Origin: an uncultured Flavobacteriales bacterium
GTDB taxonomy: Bacteria; Bacteroidota; Bacteroidia; Flavobacteriales_D; Crocinitomicaceae
DNA length: 64,000 nucleotides
NCBI GenBank assembly: GCA_938092255.1
Contig: CALKHF010000043.1
Span: 73-64,072 of the forward strand
Reading direction: 5' to 3'
Part shown: positions 16,640-26,558 of the stretch, piece by piece
Layout: every line of letters starts with the position of its first letter
Numbering within the stretch: the first letter of the stretch is position 1
The notes under the pieces: model-generated
Told to the model about the DNA's origin: nothing
The model's input: the letters and a program-made list of their open reading frames with translations, nothing else
Databases searched by the model: none
Translations under genes and position numbers: made by a program

Positions 16640-19600
16640 ATGACAGAAAAAATTTTGGACAAGATATTAAACAAGGTCTTTTCAATGAAAACCATGACCT
16701 TGGGTTTGCTTCTATTTCTTCTTGGAATCGGTGGTGCTACATTTATCGAATCCAAGTACGGAATCCAAGCCGCAAAAATTTTAGTCTATAATGCAAGTTG
16801 GTTCACTGTGCTACTTGCCTTTCTGAGTCTTAACTTAATTTCGAATATTTTCACGCATAAAATGTTTCGAAAAGAGAAAATTGCAATACTCTCCTTTCAC
16901 CTGGCATTTCTTGTCATTATTTTAGGTTCTGGTGTGACCCGATATTTAAGCTTTGAGGGTATAATGGTGATTACTGAAGGAGAGACCAGTGACTACATAT
17001 ATACGGCTGATCCTCATTTACTTGTAGAGGCCAAAAACAAAAAGTCAGGCAAGTCTCAAGTAATGGGAAACAAACATTACTTAGCCGAAATAACGCATGG
17101 GTTTGGAAATCACTTTAGGGATGAAATGAGTTTCGAAAACAAAGACATTTCTGTTGAATATGTGAATTTTCAAAGCAAACGCGTTGACTCCTTTCAAATC
17201 AATAAAAAGTTTAAAAATTCTGTGGTTTTGGATATCGTTACCGAAGGGATGACATCAAACTATATTGATGAAAATAGTACCATACTGGTTGGAAATATCC
17301 CTCTAGGGTTTGAAAATGAAGTTCAATCCAGCGGGATTAAGCTTAGAAAACAAAATGAAATCATTGAATGGAGTGCCAATTTTCCGATTCGCTCTCTTGA
17401 AATGTCGAAGATGCAGGAAGCCAGAGAAACTGGAATTGAACCTAATGACTCTGTTTTTACAAAATATGAACTCAATAAATGGTATGATCTTAAAACAACT
17501 ACGTTATACCAAGTTGGGAATAGTCAATTTGTAGTAAAAAACATTCTATTCAATGCCAAAAAAGCGCTGCTGCCAACAGGAAATAAAGATAAAGGAGCAG
17601 ATTATTTAACGGTAAAAGTAAGTGATGGGAAATCGTCTAAAAAAGTTACTCTAGAAGGTGGGATGGGTAGAATTCCTTCACCTAAAGCGATTACAATGAA
17701 TGGCGTGGAATACCAGCTTGAATATGGATCGATCAGAAAACCCATTCCTTTCAAAGTTACCTGTCGTGATTTTCAGCTTGAAAAGTATCCAGGGACAGAA
17801 TCCCCTTCTTCTTTTGCTAGTGAAGTGACACTGCTTGACTCCGCGGACAATAAAAAAATCAATAAACGTATTTTCATGAATCATGTATTAGATTATAAGG
17901 GATACCGATTCTTTCAATCAAGCTATACTTTGGATGATCAAAAAACTCCACAAAATGAGGAGGGTACAATTCTAAGTGTGAATCATGATTACTGGGGAAC
18001 CAACATTACCTATTTCGGTTATTTAATAATGGCAATAGGAATGATTCTATCCATTATAGCACCCGTTGGGAGATTCCGTGAGCTCAACAACAAACTCAAA
18101 AAATTAAAACAAAAGAATAAGCAATTAAAAAGTTTACTCCTTTTTGTGATGTTATCCTCATTAGGCGGTAGTATTTACAGTCAAGAACATCATGAAAATG
18201 ATGGGCATAACCATTCGAATGATAATAAAATTGCGAGAGGGGAAACTTTTCACGTGATATCACAGGAACATTCTGACGAACTCGCCACCTTACCCGTCCA
18301 AAGCTTTGATGGGAGAATTGTTCCATTTCACACACTATGTGATCAACTGTTAAGAAAAACCTACAGAAAAAACACTCTTGAACACAAGTCAAAAAAATAC
18401 AATGCGGTACAATCCATCGTGAGTATGTTACTCTATGCCGAATATTGGAAAAAACAAAATACCATTTATATACCCTCTGCCTTACAAAAAAGGTTAGGGC
18501 TAGATAAGTATGAGAGCTATCGATCCATATCTCATATTGACACCTCAGGAAAAATTGTGTTTAATTGGGAGGACCAATACAGAAAGGCTTTTCAAAAACC
18601 TGAGTCAAATAGAGATGATTTTGACAAAAAAATCATCAAACTTCATGAGAAATTTCAAATCATACAGGACGTGTTCCACGGTCAATATTTGAAGGTTATT
18701 CCTATTAAAAACGATCCTAGTAATACCTGGTCAAACCCTATGAATATTAATTTGTCAAGGGGCAAGGACTCAACAATAGCAAGGTTGACCTTAAATTACA
18801 TACGAAGTTTGTATGATTTGTCCTCAGTGAACAACTACAAAGAGTGCAATACCATTCTTTCACAGCTGAAGTTAGAACAACGCAAAGTCGCTGGAGACAT
18901 TATACCAAGTGAGAACTTACTAAGGCTTGAGGTACAATATAACAAATGGGAAATCTTTAAAAGAGCCTATCAAGCATATGGACTCATTGGGTTTTTAATG
19001 CTCCTGTTATTTTTCATTCAAATTTTTGTTTCATCGAAAAAAAAGCTGATTCGAATATTTAATTTTTCAAGAAAAGGACTTTTTTATATTTTACTCGGTG
19101 TATTTGGTTTTCATGCGGCGGGACTAATTATTAGATGGCTCGTTTCTGGACATGTCCCTTGGAGTAACGGCTATGAAGCCGTTGTATTCATCGCTTGGGT
19201 AACGATGCTTGCAGGTTTTATTTTTTCTCGAAAAAATGCAGTTGTAATTGCGGGAACAGCTGTCCTCGCCTCCTTAATGATCTTTGTAACTGAGCTTAAT
19301 CTTTTAGATCCTGAAATCACACCTTTGCAACCCGTATTGAAATCGTACTGGCTTATGATTCATGTTGCTGTAATCACGGGTAGCTATGGATTTCTGGGCT
19401 TGGCCTGTATACTTGGATTTTTGAACTTGACTCTTTATATTTTCAGAACCCCAAAAACGGCTAAAAAAATATCCACAAACATTACAGAACTTACTTACAT
19501 ATCTGAGATGACCATGACCATTGGTGTTTTCATGCTTACGATAGGCACATTTTTAGGCGGCATATGGGCAAATGAATCATGGGGGAGATATTGGGGTTGG

Positions 19601-19903
19601 GACCCGAAAGAAACCTGGGCATTGGTTTCTGTTTTAGTGTACGCAACAATCCTCCATCTTCGATTTATACCTGGACTAAAAAGCAAATTTGTCTTTAATC
19701 TGGTTTCGTTTTGGGGGTATTCAGCCATCCTCTTTACCTTCTTTGGTGTGAATTTTGTCTTAGTGGGGCTCCATTCCTATGCTCAGGGAGATGGTTTGGG
19801 AGATATACCATCATGGATTTGGATAACCGCACTGGTTTTTGTGGGTTACAGTCTATTGGCATACATCCGAAACAAATCTTATTTAAAATCAAAATCAGTA
19901 TAG
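16640..19903 (+). CDS. ccsBA: Fused cytochrome c biogenesis protein CcsBA (ResB-like + CcsA, System II)
   Basis: I chose the ATG at 16640 (the track starts at TTG 16628). The N-terminal half is ResB-like (TM helices, GYRFFQSSY). The C-terminal half has the CcsA WWD motif WGRYWGWDPKETWAL and multiple TM helices. Confidence 0.88.
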   Translation: MTEKILDKILNKVFSMKTMTLGLLLFLLGIGGATFIESKYGIQAAKILVYNASWFTVLLAFLSLNLISNIFTHKMFRKEKIAILSFHLAFLVIILGSGVTRYLSFEGIMVITEGETSDYIYTADPHLLVEAKNKKSGKSQVMGNKHYLAEITHGFGNHFRDEMSFENKDISVEYVNFQSKRVDSFQINKKFKNSVVLDIVTEGMTSNYIDENSTILVGNIPLGFENEVQSSGIKLRKQNEIIEWSANFPIRSLEMSKMQEARETGIEPNDSVFTKYELNKWYDLKTTTLYQVGNSQFVVKNILFNAKKALLPTGNKDKGADYLTVKVSDGKSSKKVTLEGGMGRIPSPKAITMNGVEYQLEYGSIRKPIPFKVTCRDFQLEKYPGTESPSSFASEVTLLDSADNKKINKRIFMNHVLDYKGYRFFQSSYTLDDQKTPQNEEGTILSVNHDYWGTNITYFGYLIMAIGMILSIIAPVGRFRELNNKLKKLKQKNKQLKSLLLFVMLSSLGGSIYSQEHHENDGHNHSNDNKIARGETFHVISQEHSDELATLPVQSFDGRIVPFHTLCDQLLRKTYRKNTLEHKSKKYNAVQSIVSMLLYAEYWKKQNTIYIPSALQKRLGLDKYESYRSISHIDTSGKIVFNWEDQYRKAFQKPESNRDDFDKKIIKLHEKFQIIQDVFHGQYLKVIPIKNDPSNTWSNPMNINLSRGKDSTIARLTLNYIRSLYDLSSVNNYKECNTILSQLKLEQRKVAGDIIPSENLLRLEVQYNKWEIFKRAYQAYGLIGFLMLLLFFIQIFVSSKKKLIRIFNFSRKGLFYILLGVFGFHAAGLIIRWLVSGHVPWSNGYEAVVFIAWVTMLAGFIFSRKNAVVIAGTAVLASLMIFVTELNLLDPEITPLQPVLKSYWLMIHVAVITGSYGFLGLACILGFLNLTLYIFRTPKTAKKISTNITELTYISEMTMTIGVFMLTIGTFLGGIWANESWGRYWGWDPKETWALVSVLVYATILHLRFIPGLKSKFVFNLVSFWGYSAILFTFFGVNFVLVGLHSYAQGDGLGDIPSWIWITALVFVGYSLLAYIRNKSYLKSKSV

Positions 19904-19904
19904 T

Positions 19905-20588
19905 ATGATTTCTTCTCGAATTTTACACGAGGACAATCATCTCATTGCAGTTAATAAAAAATCATCTGAAATCGTGCAAGGAGATCGCACTGGAGATACT
20001 TCTATGCCAGATGAAATAAAGGCATATCTTAAAAAAAAATACAACAAGCCAGGAAATGTTTTTTGCGGAGTAATTCACCGATTAGACAGGCCTACAAGTG
20101 GCGTAATTCTCTTCGCTAGAACCAGTAAAGGGCTCGAAAGAATGAACAAGCAGTTCAGAGATAAAATGACCTCAAAGACGTATTGGGCGATTCTTGAAAA
20201 TAAACCGCCTGAGAAAAAAGGAACGCTCATTCATTTTCTCAAAAAAAATGAAAAACAAAATAAAAGTTATACCTGCTCGGAAAACACCGCAGGAGCGAAG
20301 GAAGCAATTCTGCACTATACATTGATCTCTTCTTCTGATAGATATCACTTGGTGGAAGTCGAGCTCGAAACAGGAAGACATCACCAAATCAGAACTCAGC
20401 TTGCCAGTATTGGATGCTGTATCAAAGGAGATTTAAAGTACGGAGCAAAAAGATCAAATCAAGATGGGTCTATATGCCTTCACTCAAGGAAGTTAAAATT
20501 TAAGCATCCAACTACTCAAGAAGAGGTCACTGTTATGGCTCCTATTCCCGATAGTAAGTTCTGGAATATTTTTAAAGGAGTAAAATGA
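19905..20588 (+). CDS. RluA-family RNA pseudouridine synthase
   Basis: 227 aa. The catalytic motif is HRLDRPTSGVILFARTSKG, and the C-terminal segment is HQIRTQLA. Confidence 0.85.
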   Translation: MISSRILHEDNHLIAVNKKSSEIVQGDRTGDTSMPDEIKAYLKKKYNKPGNVFCGVIHRLDRPTSGVILFARTSKGLERMNKQFRDKMTSKTYWAILENKPPEKKGTLIHFLKKNEKQNKSYTCSENTAGAKEAILHYTLISSSDRYHLVEVELETGRHHQIRTQLASIGCCIKGDLKYGAKRSNQDGSICLHSRKLKFKHPTTQEEVTVMAPIPDSKFWNIFKGVK

Positions 20589-20589
20589 T

Positions 20590-21225
20590 TTATTTGTAAA
20601 GCTGCTGAAACGTATATAAAATTTCCGTAGCAATCTGAAGACTCCTTTCTACATAATGAGAAATAGGGTTGGCCGTCGCATCAAATTCCTTAGGGTCATC
20701 ATATGTGGTTGAATACCTTTTTTTCGCTCCAGGAACCAGTGGACAATTGTCGTCCGAATCGGAACAAGTCATCACCGCGATAAAATCAGTTTGAGGAATA
20801 GACTCATCGGTATTCGATTTAGAATAACATGCAATAAAATCATCGTCGTTATAATACACATGGTAAATAGGATTACTAGCAGAAATATCTTCACATTTGA
20901 CCTCAAAACCAATGTGCTTTAACGCGGCGATTGTATTGGGGTGACATTCAGTAGCTGCTGTGCCTCCAGAATAAGTTTTCAGATTCTTTACATTGAAAAG
21001 CACAGATGCAACATGACCCCAAACTTGGGCAAAATGACTTCTTCTTGAATTATGAGTGCATAAATAAACCAATGAGACCTCTTTTCTATCTGTTTCTAGG
21101 CCTTCTATTTCTTTTCGCATAAATGCCGACACTTCATCTAAAAGAGCTCTTCTTGCAGGAGGAATAATCCGATCCGCTTCATTCAGGAGCTTTTCGCAAT
21201 TGCTTTTGAGTTTATCATTAATCAT
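20590..21225 (-). CDS. Low-molecular-weight phosphatase / ArsC-type (LMWPc) protein with N-terminal extension
   Basis: The CX5R(S) P-loop is CTHNSRRS. I trimmed the start to MINDKLKS.. (21225); the track start at 21279 would add 18 residues and overlap the divergent ORF. No ars partners are adjacent. Confidence 0.72.
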   Translation of the reverse strand: MINDKLKSNCEKLLNEADRIIPPARRALLDEVSAFMRKEIEGLETDRKEVSLVYLCTHNSRRSHFAQVWGHVASVLFNVKNLKTYSGGTAATECHPNTIAALKHIGFEVKCEDISASNPIYHVYYNDDDFIACYSKSNTDESIPQTDFIAVMTCSDSDDNCPLVPGAKKRYSTTYDDPKEFDATANPISHYVERSLQIATEILYTFQQLYK

Positions 21226-21267
21226 TACTCTTATTTTTGTCTGAATATTAATCGCCATGAATATACA

Positions 21268-21618
21268 TTGAATAATCAAAACCCAAGCATAGAAAATTTA
21301 GAATTCAAAAATCTCATGTTACATTTTTGGGACAAGCATGATTTCAGAAATAGAACCTTTGCACAGTTATATAAAGATTTTGCCTTAAGTGGAATAAGCC
21401 TTGAAAAAGGATCTCTCGAAAAATGCATTTCAAACAAGCAATTAGAAAACCTATTAACTCCAATTCTTAACGGGAATAATTTGAAACAGCTATTGTATAC
21501 TATTGATCTTAAAGATGATGTTATTGTAAGATCGAATACCCTTGTGATTACGATGATTACAAGAATTGCATTTAAAGTATTTTTGCGAACTTACTTTACG
21601 TCAAAATACAGTTCTTAA
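21268..21618 (+). CDS. Hypothetical protein (start uncertain: TTG 21268 or ATG 21316)
   Basis: This is the only long ORF in the gap upstream of dnaN. I recognise no motif, and coding status is not proven. Confidence 0.4.
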   Translation: MNNQNPSIENLEFKNLMLHFWDKHDFRNRTFAQLYKDFALSGISLEKGSLEKCISNKQLENLLTPILNGNNLKQLLYTIDLKDDVIVRSNTLVITMITRIAFKVFLRTYFTSKYSS

Positions 21619-21683
21619 AATCTAGTAATTAGACTTCTAATTATCTCATCTGAATTGTTATTTTTGTATAAAATGAATAGCCA

Positions 21684-22802
21684 ATGAATTTTATTGTTTC
21701 AAGCGCAACACTTTTACGTCACTTGCAAAATATTTCCGGAGTCCTAAACTCGAGTAATACTCTCCCTATCTTAGACAACTTTAAGTTTTCGATTAAGGGA
21801 AACAAACTCGAAATATCTGCAACTGATTTAGAAACTACAATGATCACCAAGTTAGATGTGCAATCTGAAAAGGATGGCGCAGTTGCTGTTCCTGCAAAAT
21901 TAGTTTTGGAAGTACTAAAAAGTCTTCCAGATCAGCCCTGTACCTTTAAGGTGAATGGAGAGAATCATAAAATTGAAATTTCATATGACAATGGAAGGTC
22001 TGAGATGTCTGGTTTTAATGGAGCAGAATTTCCAAAGCTACCAAAAATTGAAAACCAAAGCACCATCAATATCTCTGGTGAAATTGTTTCAAATGCAATA
22101 AACCGAACATTGTTTGCAGCAGGAAATGATGAACTGCGTCCTGCCATGTCGGGTGTCTATTGTGAGTTTTCTGATAACGAAATCATTTTCGTTGCTACAG
22201 ATGCGCACAAATTGGTCAGATACAAAAGAAATGACGCCAAGTCTACTGATAGTTCTGACTTTATTCTTCCCAAAAAACCATTAAATATGCTTAAGGCAAA
22301 TTTATCAGGGAAAGAGGATATCAAATTGGAATACAATCAATCCAATGCTGTTTTTACCTTCAATGAACTAAAATTGGTTTGTAGACTTATTGATGGGAAA
22401 TATCCCAATTATGAAGCAGTGATTCCTAAGGAAAATCCAAATGTACTTACCATTGATCGGTTACAACTTTTAAATTCTATTAAAAGGGTATCTATCTTCG
22501 CCAATAAAACAACACATCAAATCAAACTTAAATTGGTTGGTTCAGAGCTTTCATTGTCTGCAGAGGATACAGATTTCTCGAATGCTTCGAATGAGAGACT
22601 GACTTGTAATTATGATGGAGATGATTTAGAAATTGGGTTTAATTCAAGATTTATTGTTGAAATGTTAAACAACTTGGATTCTGACGAAGTTCAGCTGGCT
22701 ATGAGTGAACCCAGCAGAGCAGGTATTTTAACTCCATTAACCAAATCCTCGGAGAATGAAGATGTGCTTATGCTCGTAATGCCGGTCATGCTCAATCGTT
22801 AA
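21684..22802 (+). CDS. dnaN: DNA polymerase III beta sliding clamp
   Basis: 372 aa. The N-terminus is MNFIVSSATLLRHLQNISGV..LPILDNFKF. The length fits three domains, and the C-terminus reads MLVMPVMLN. Confidence 0.93.
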   Translation: MNFIVSSATLLRHLQNISGVLNSSNTLPILDNFKFSIKGNKLEISATDLETTMITKLDVQSEKDGAVAVPAKLVLEVLKSLPDQPCTFKVNGENHKIEISYDNGRSEMSGFNGAEFPKLPKIENQSTINISGEIVSNAINRTLFAAGNDELRPAMSGVYCEFSDNEIIFVATDAHKLVRYKRNDAKSTDSSDFILPKKPLNMLKANLSGKEDIKLEYNQSNAVFTFNELKLVCRLIDGKYPNYEAVIPKENPNVLTIDRLQLLNSIKRVSIFANKTTHQIKLKLVGSELSLSAEDTDFSNASNERLTCNYDGDDLEIGFNSRFIVEMLNNLDSDEVQLAMSEPSRAGILTPLTKSSENEDVLMLVMPVMLNR

Positions 22803-23882
22803 ATGATGAATTCGAAAGTGAAGCTAATTAGAGACCTCTCTATCGAGGAATTAGCCGAATATATAAAATTACACGATTTTCCTTCCTTTCGTGCCAAACA
22901 AATAATGGATTGGTTATGGAAAAAAAATGTTGGATCTTTCCAAGAAATGAAAAATATCGGTAAAAATCTACAAGATTTTTTAGACGAACATTTTAGCATT
23001 AACAAAATTTCCATTAAGGACCAGCAAATTAGTAAAGACAAAACCATCAAGTGTGCCTTCGAAGTAGATGCAAAAAGTATTATTGAAGGTGTACTCATAC
23101 CCACGAAAAAAAGAACTACTGCATGTATTTCATCACAAGTTGGATGCAGTCTTGCATGTGAGTTTTGTGCTACTGGACGACTAAAGCTACTGAGGAATTT
23201 AACAGCTGGAGAAATATTTGACCAAGTATTTCATTTAAAAAATGAAGCAAATAACAGATATCAAAAATCGCTTTCCAATATCGTTTATATGGGCATGGGG
23301 GAACCATTATTGAATTATAAAAACGTATTGAATTCGATTCAATGGATCTGTTCAGAGAATGGACTTGGTATGTCTCCCAAAAGAATTACTGTTTCGACGG
23401 CTGGAATTTCCAAAATGATCAGAAAGCTGGGCGATGATGAAGTAAAATTTAACCTTGCTTTATCCTTACATGCGGCCAATGACGAAAAGCGCAATACGAT
23501 TATGGAAATCAATGAATCCAATAATCTTGAATCTTTGCGCGATGCTCTTCAGCATTTTTATGAAAAAACAAATTCTAGGGTAACCTTTGAATACATCATT
23601 TTTGATGGCTTTAATGATGAACTATCCGACGCTCGAGAATTGGCTGATTTCGCAAAATGTGTACCTTGTAAAATAAATATTATTGAATACAACCCTATTG
23701 ATGGAGAACCGTTCAAGCAGGCAAAGTCTGAAAAAGTAGATCGTTTTGCCTTGTTTCTTGAGGAGCGTAACATGATTGTTAACGTTCGAAAAAGTCGCGG
23801 TAAAGACATTGATGCGGCTTGTGGTCAATTGGCCAACAAGAACAAAGCCATTCTCAGAGAAGAAAGAAGTTTAAAGCAATGA
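22803..23882 (+). CDS. rlmN: 23S rRNA (adenine2503-C2)/tRNA methyltransferase, radical SAM
   Basis: The radical SAM CxxxCxxC motif is SSQVGCSLACEFCATG. Typical RlmN blocks are present (GMGEPLLNY, SLHA, IEYN). Confidence 0.92.
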   Translation: MMNSKVKLIRDLSIEELAEYIKLHDFPSFRAKQIMDWLWKKNVGSFQEMKNIGKNLQDFLDEHFSINKISIKDQQISKDKTIKCAFEVDAKSIIEGVLIPTKKRTTACISSQVGCSLACEFCATGRLKLLRNLTAGEIFDQVFHLKNEANNRYQKSLSNIVYMGMGEPLLNYKNVLNSIQWICSENGLGMSPKRITVSTAGISKMIRKLGDDEVKFNLALSLHAANDEKRNTIMEINESNNLESLRDALQHFYEKTNSRVTFEYIIFDGFNDELSDARELADFAKCVPCKINIIEYNPIDGEPFKQAKSEKVDRFALFLEERNMIVNVRKSRGKDIDAACGQLANKNKAILREERSLKQ

Positions 23883-24637
23883 TTAAAGTAGAACATCTTA
23901 CAAAACAATTTTCTTTAAATAAAGAACAAAAAAAAGAAGCCGGAACAACTGATAAATTTGCTTTTGCGGTAAATAACATCAGTTTTGATTGTAAACCAGG
24001 AGAGATTTTTTCTTTACTGGGCCCTAACGGTGCTGGTAAAACAACCACGCTACGTATGCTTTCAACAGTCATAACACCTACATCTGGTTCCATTATAATG
24101 GGAGGAATAAATGCTGTCACTCATCCTAATGAAGCAAGAAGAAAAATTGGTTTTTTAACCGGTTCAACCGGTTTGTACACAAGATTGAATGCACATGAAC
24201 TAATTGATTATTTTGCCTCACTTTATGGGGTTTCAAATCAAATGCTCATTGAACGGAAGAAATATCTTTTCGATCTATTAGACATGAATGAATTTGCCCA
24301 TAAACGAATTGGTAAGCTAAGTACAGGAATGAAACAAAAGGTTTCCATTTGTAGAACCATGATTCATGATCCAGAAATCGTAATATTTGATGAACCCACT
24401 AGTGGATTAGACGTCATCACTGCAGAAAGTATTATTCAGCTCATTAGAGATTGCAAATCTCAAAACAAAACAGTCATATTTTCAAGTCATATTATGGGCG
24501 AGGTTGATCTTTTGTGCGATAGTTTGGCCATTATCCACAAAGGTCAAATGAAATATCAGGGAAGTATGCAGAAGTTTCGAGAAAAGATGAGTGAAAAAAG
24601 TATTACTGCTGAATTTATTAAAACAGTCCAAGCTTAA
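23879..24637 (+). CDS. ABC transporter ATP-binding protein (NatA/ABC-2 type)
   Basis: I trimmed the start to MIKVEHLTK (ATG 23879, an ATGA overlap with the rlmN stop). Walker A is GPNGAGKTT, the signature is LSTGMKQK, and Walker B is IVIFDEPTSGLD. Confidence 0.9.
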   Translation: MIKVEHLTKQFSLNKEQKKEAGTTDKFAFAVNNISFDCKPGEIFSLLGPNGAGKTTTLRMLSTVITPTSGSIIMGGINAVTHPNEARRKIGFLTGSTGLYTRLNAHELIDYFASLYGVSNQMLIERKKYLFDLLDMNEFAHKRIGKLSTGMKQKVSICRTMIHDPEIVIFDEPTSGLDVITAESIIQLIRDCKSQNKTVIFSSHIMGEVDLLCDSLAIIHKGQMKYQGSMQKFREKMSEKSITAEFIKTVQA

Positions 24638-24641
24638 TTAC

Positions 24642-25835
24642 ATGATATTTAATATTTTCAAAAAAGAACTAAAAGAAACGCTTCGTGACAAACGAACATT
24701 AATCATGATGCTTGTCATTCCGATTCTTATATTTCCGCTCATACTGAATGTTGTTGTTGGTGTTTCTTCCTCCTTTGAAGAATCTGCTGAAAACAAAACC
24801 TTAAAAATTGGAATACTTGGAGAGACAGATGATTACTTGGCTCTAAAACTAAATGAGATCCCAAACGCTTTGGGGCCCAAAACCCTGATTCCATATCATG
24901 GAGATTCTTTAAAAATGAAAGCGGACCTTAAAGAAGAAAAGCTTGATATTGTTTTTATTTACGATTCTAAGTTTTCGGAAAAGCTTGATAAAATGGAACC
25001 CACAAAATTAATTTGCTCATTCGATAAAACCAAAATCGGTTATGATCAACGCGCCCAAAAATACGTACAATACATCGAGACAGAAGAAAGGTTGAAACGA
25101 TACCAGGCGCTAAACATTGATGAACAACAAATAACACCTTTTGAAATTGCATTTGAAAATAGTGCGAGTAATCAAAAAATGATTGGTGAACTCCTGGGAG
25201 GGTTTTTACCTTATATTTTTATTGCCTTTGGGTTTATGGGTTGCATGTATCCTGCAATCGATTTATTCACAGGAGAAAAAGAAAGAGGAACCATTGAAAC
25301 TTTGCTCACAACTCCTGTTAGCAGATGGAAATTTCTGATTGGTAAAATGTTAGTGATTATATTATCAGGATTATTGGCGTCCTGTTTTGCGTTACTCGGG
25401 CTTTTCTTTTCCATCAATTTAATGGATATTATTCCGGACCCTGAAATCATGAATGTTGTAAATCAAATCCTTAGTGTTGGCTTCGTACTAAAACTGTTTC
25501 TTTTACTTCTTCCCTTAACCGTTTTTTTCGCAGGAATTATGATACCTATTGCAGTGTACACTAAAACATTTAAAGAGGCCCAAAGTATAATTGCACCTTT
25601 AAATATTCTTGTATTATTACCTGCCATGGCAGGTCTTTTTCCGGGTATAGAATTGAATGTCCAAACGGCAATGATTCCAATCTTAAATATTGTCTTGACT
25701 ACAAAAGGACTGATTGGAGGAACAATCGATTATTCTTTGTTGATTTTAAGTTTCTCAGTGATGGTTGTTTTGGCTGGGATAGCCGTAGCTGTTTCTTTCA
25801 AACAATTCGGAAAAGAAACAAATATTTTATCTTAG
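24642..25835 (+). CDS. ABC-2 family transporter permease (NatB-like)
   Basis: I trimmed the start to MIFNIFKKELKETLRDKRT (ATG 24642). It has one N-terminal TM helix, a large extracytoplasmic loop, and then about 5 TM helices. Confidence 0.8.
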   Translation: MIFNIFKKELKETLRDKRTLIMMLVIPILIFPLILNVVVGVSSSFEESAENKTLKIGILGETDDYLALKLNEIPNALGPKTLIPYHGDSLKMKADLKEEKLDIVFIYDSKFSEKLDKMEPTKLICSFDKTKIGYDQRAQKYVQYIETEERLKRYQALNIDEQQITPFEIAFENSASNQKMIGELLGGFLPYIFIAFGFMGCMYPAIDLFTGEKERGTIETLLTTPVSRWKFLIGKMLVIILSGLLASCFALLGLFFSINLMDIIPDPEIMNVVNQILSVGFVLKLFLLLLPLTVFFAGIMIPIAVYTKTFKEAQSIIAPLNILVLLPAMAGLFPGIELNVQTAMIPILNIVLTTKGLIGGTIDYSLLILSFSVMVVLAGIAVAVSFKQFGKETNILS

Positions 25836-25862
25836 CGTGTGGACCACAATAAAAAGATTGTC

Positions 25863-26558
25863 CTACAAATCTCCTTTCTTTTTATTTGATTTTAAGATTT
25901 TATTAAGCCTTAAATCATAATTCAATCCAACTATAAATTTAATTGGATTACTATCGTATATTTTTTGGTCTATTCGAGCAAAAACACCTATAGAGTGTGG
26001 CCCATCCAGTTCGAGATCTGTACCTAGAGTATACCTCATCTTATCAATTCTTTGCCCTAACACACCCGCTCCAGGGTTATAAAAACATTCCAAGCTCATG
26101 GTTGGAGTAAATATTGATTTTTTAATATCATATGATAGTGAAGGTTTAAACCGCAGTGCTCTATCAAAATCGGAATTATATGAACTTGAGGATCCTTTTT
26201 CTGAACTCATTTGGTATCGTGTTCTAAACCCAAGGGAAAAGCGGTCTATGTTGTAATTAAACTTGGCATTCATATTGATTCGATTCGCACCAATGTAATT
26301 TCCATTATTTTCTCTTTTGGCAACGTATCTATAGTCTATAGATGCATTAAACCATGTGACTATTTTATACTTAACCGTTAACTGCGGAAAAACTGTTTTA
26401 GCCTTAAAACTCCTGAATCTACTCGAGAAACTTCCCGAAAATTGAATTTTTTTATTGAGCTTATATTTGGCACCAGCACTTCCCCAAACCTCAAAAGATT
26501 GAGAATTCCCAGCAAATGAAATCGCAAAAAACAAGAAAACGATTAATAGAGGTTTCAT
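25863..26558 (-). CDS. Small outer-membrane beta-barrel protein (possibly DUF2490-like)
   Basis: 231 aa. It has a signal peptide ending GNSQ and an alternating strand pattern with frequent Y/R/F. The family assignment is tentative. Confidence 0.58.
   Translation of the reverse strand: MKPLLIVFLFFAISFAGNSQSFEVWGSAGAKYKLNKKIQFSGSFSSRFRSFKAKTVFPQLTVKYKIVTWFNASIDYRYVAKRENNGNYIGANRINMNAKFNYNIDRFSLGFRTRYQMSSEKGSSSSYNSDFDRALRFKPSLSYDIKKSIFTPTMSLECFYNPGAGVLGQRIDKMRYTLGTDLELDGPHSIGVFARIDQKIYDSNPIKFIVGLNYDLRLNKILKSNKKKGDL

Noticed and set aside
20590-21279. Interpretation as part of an arsenic-resistance operon
   Set aside because: No arsR, arsB/acr3, arsA or arsD genes are adjacent. The neighbours are a pseudouridine synthase and dnaN.
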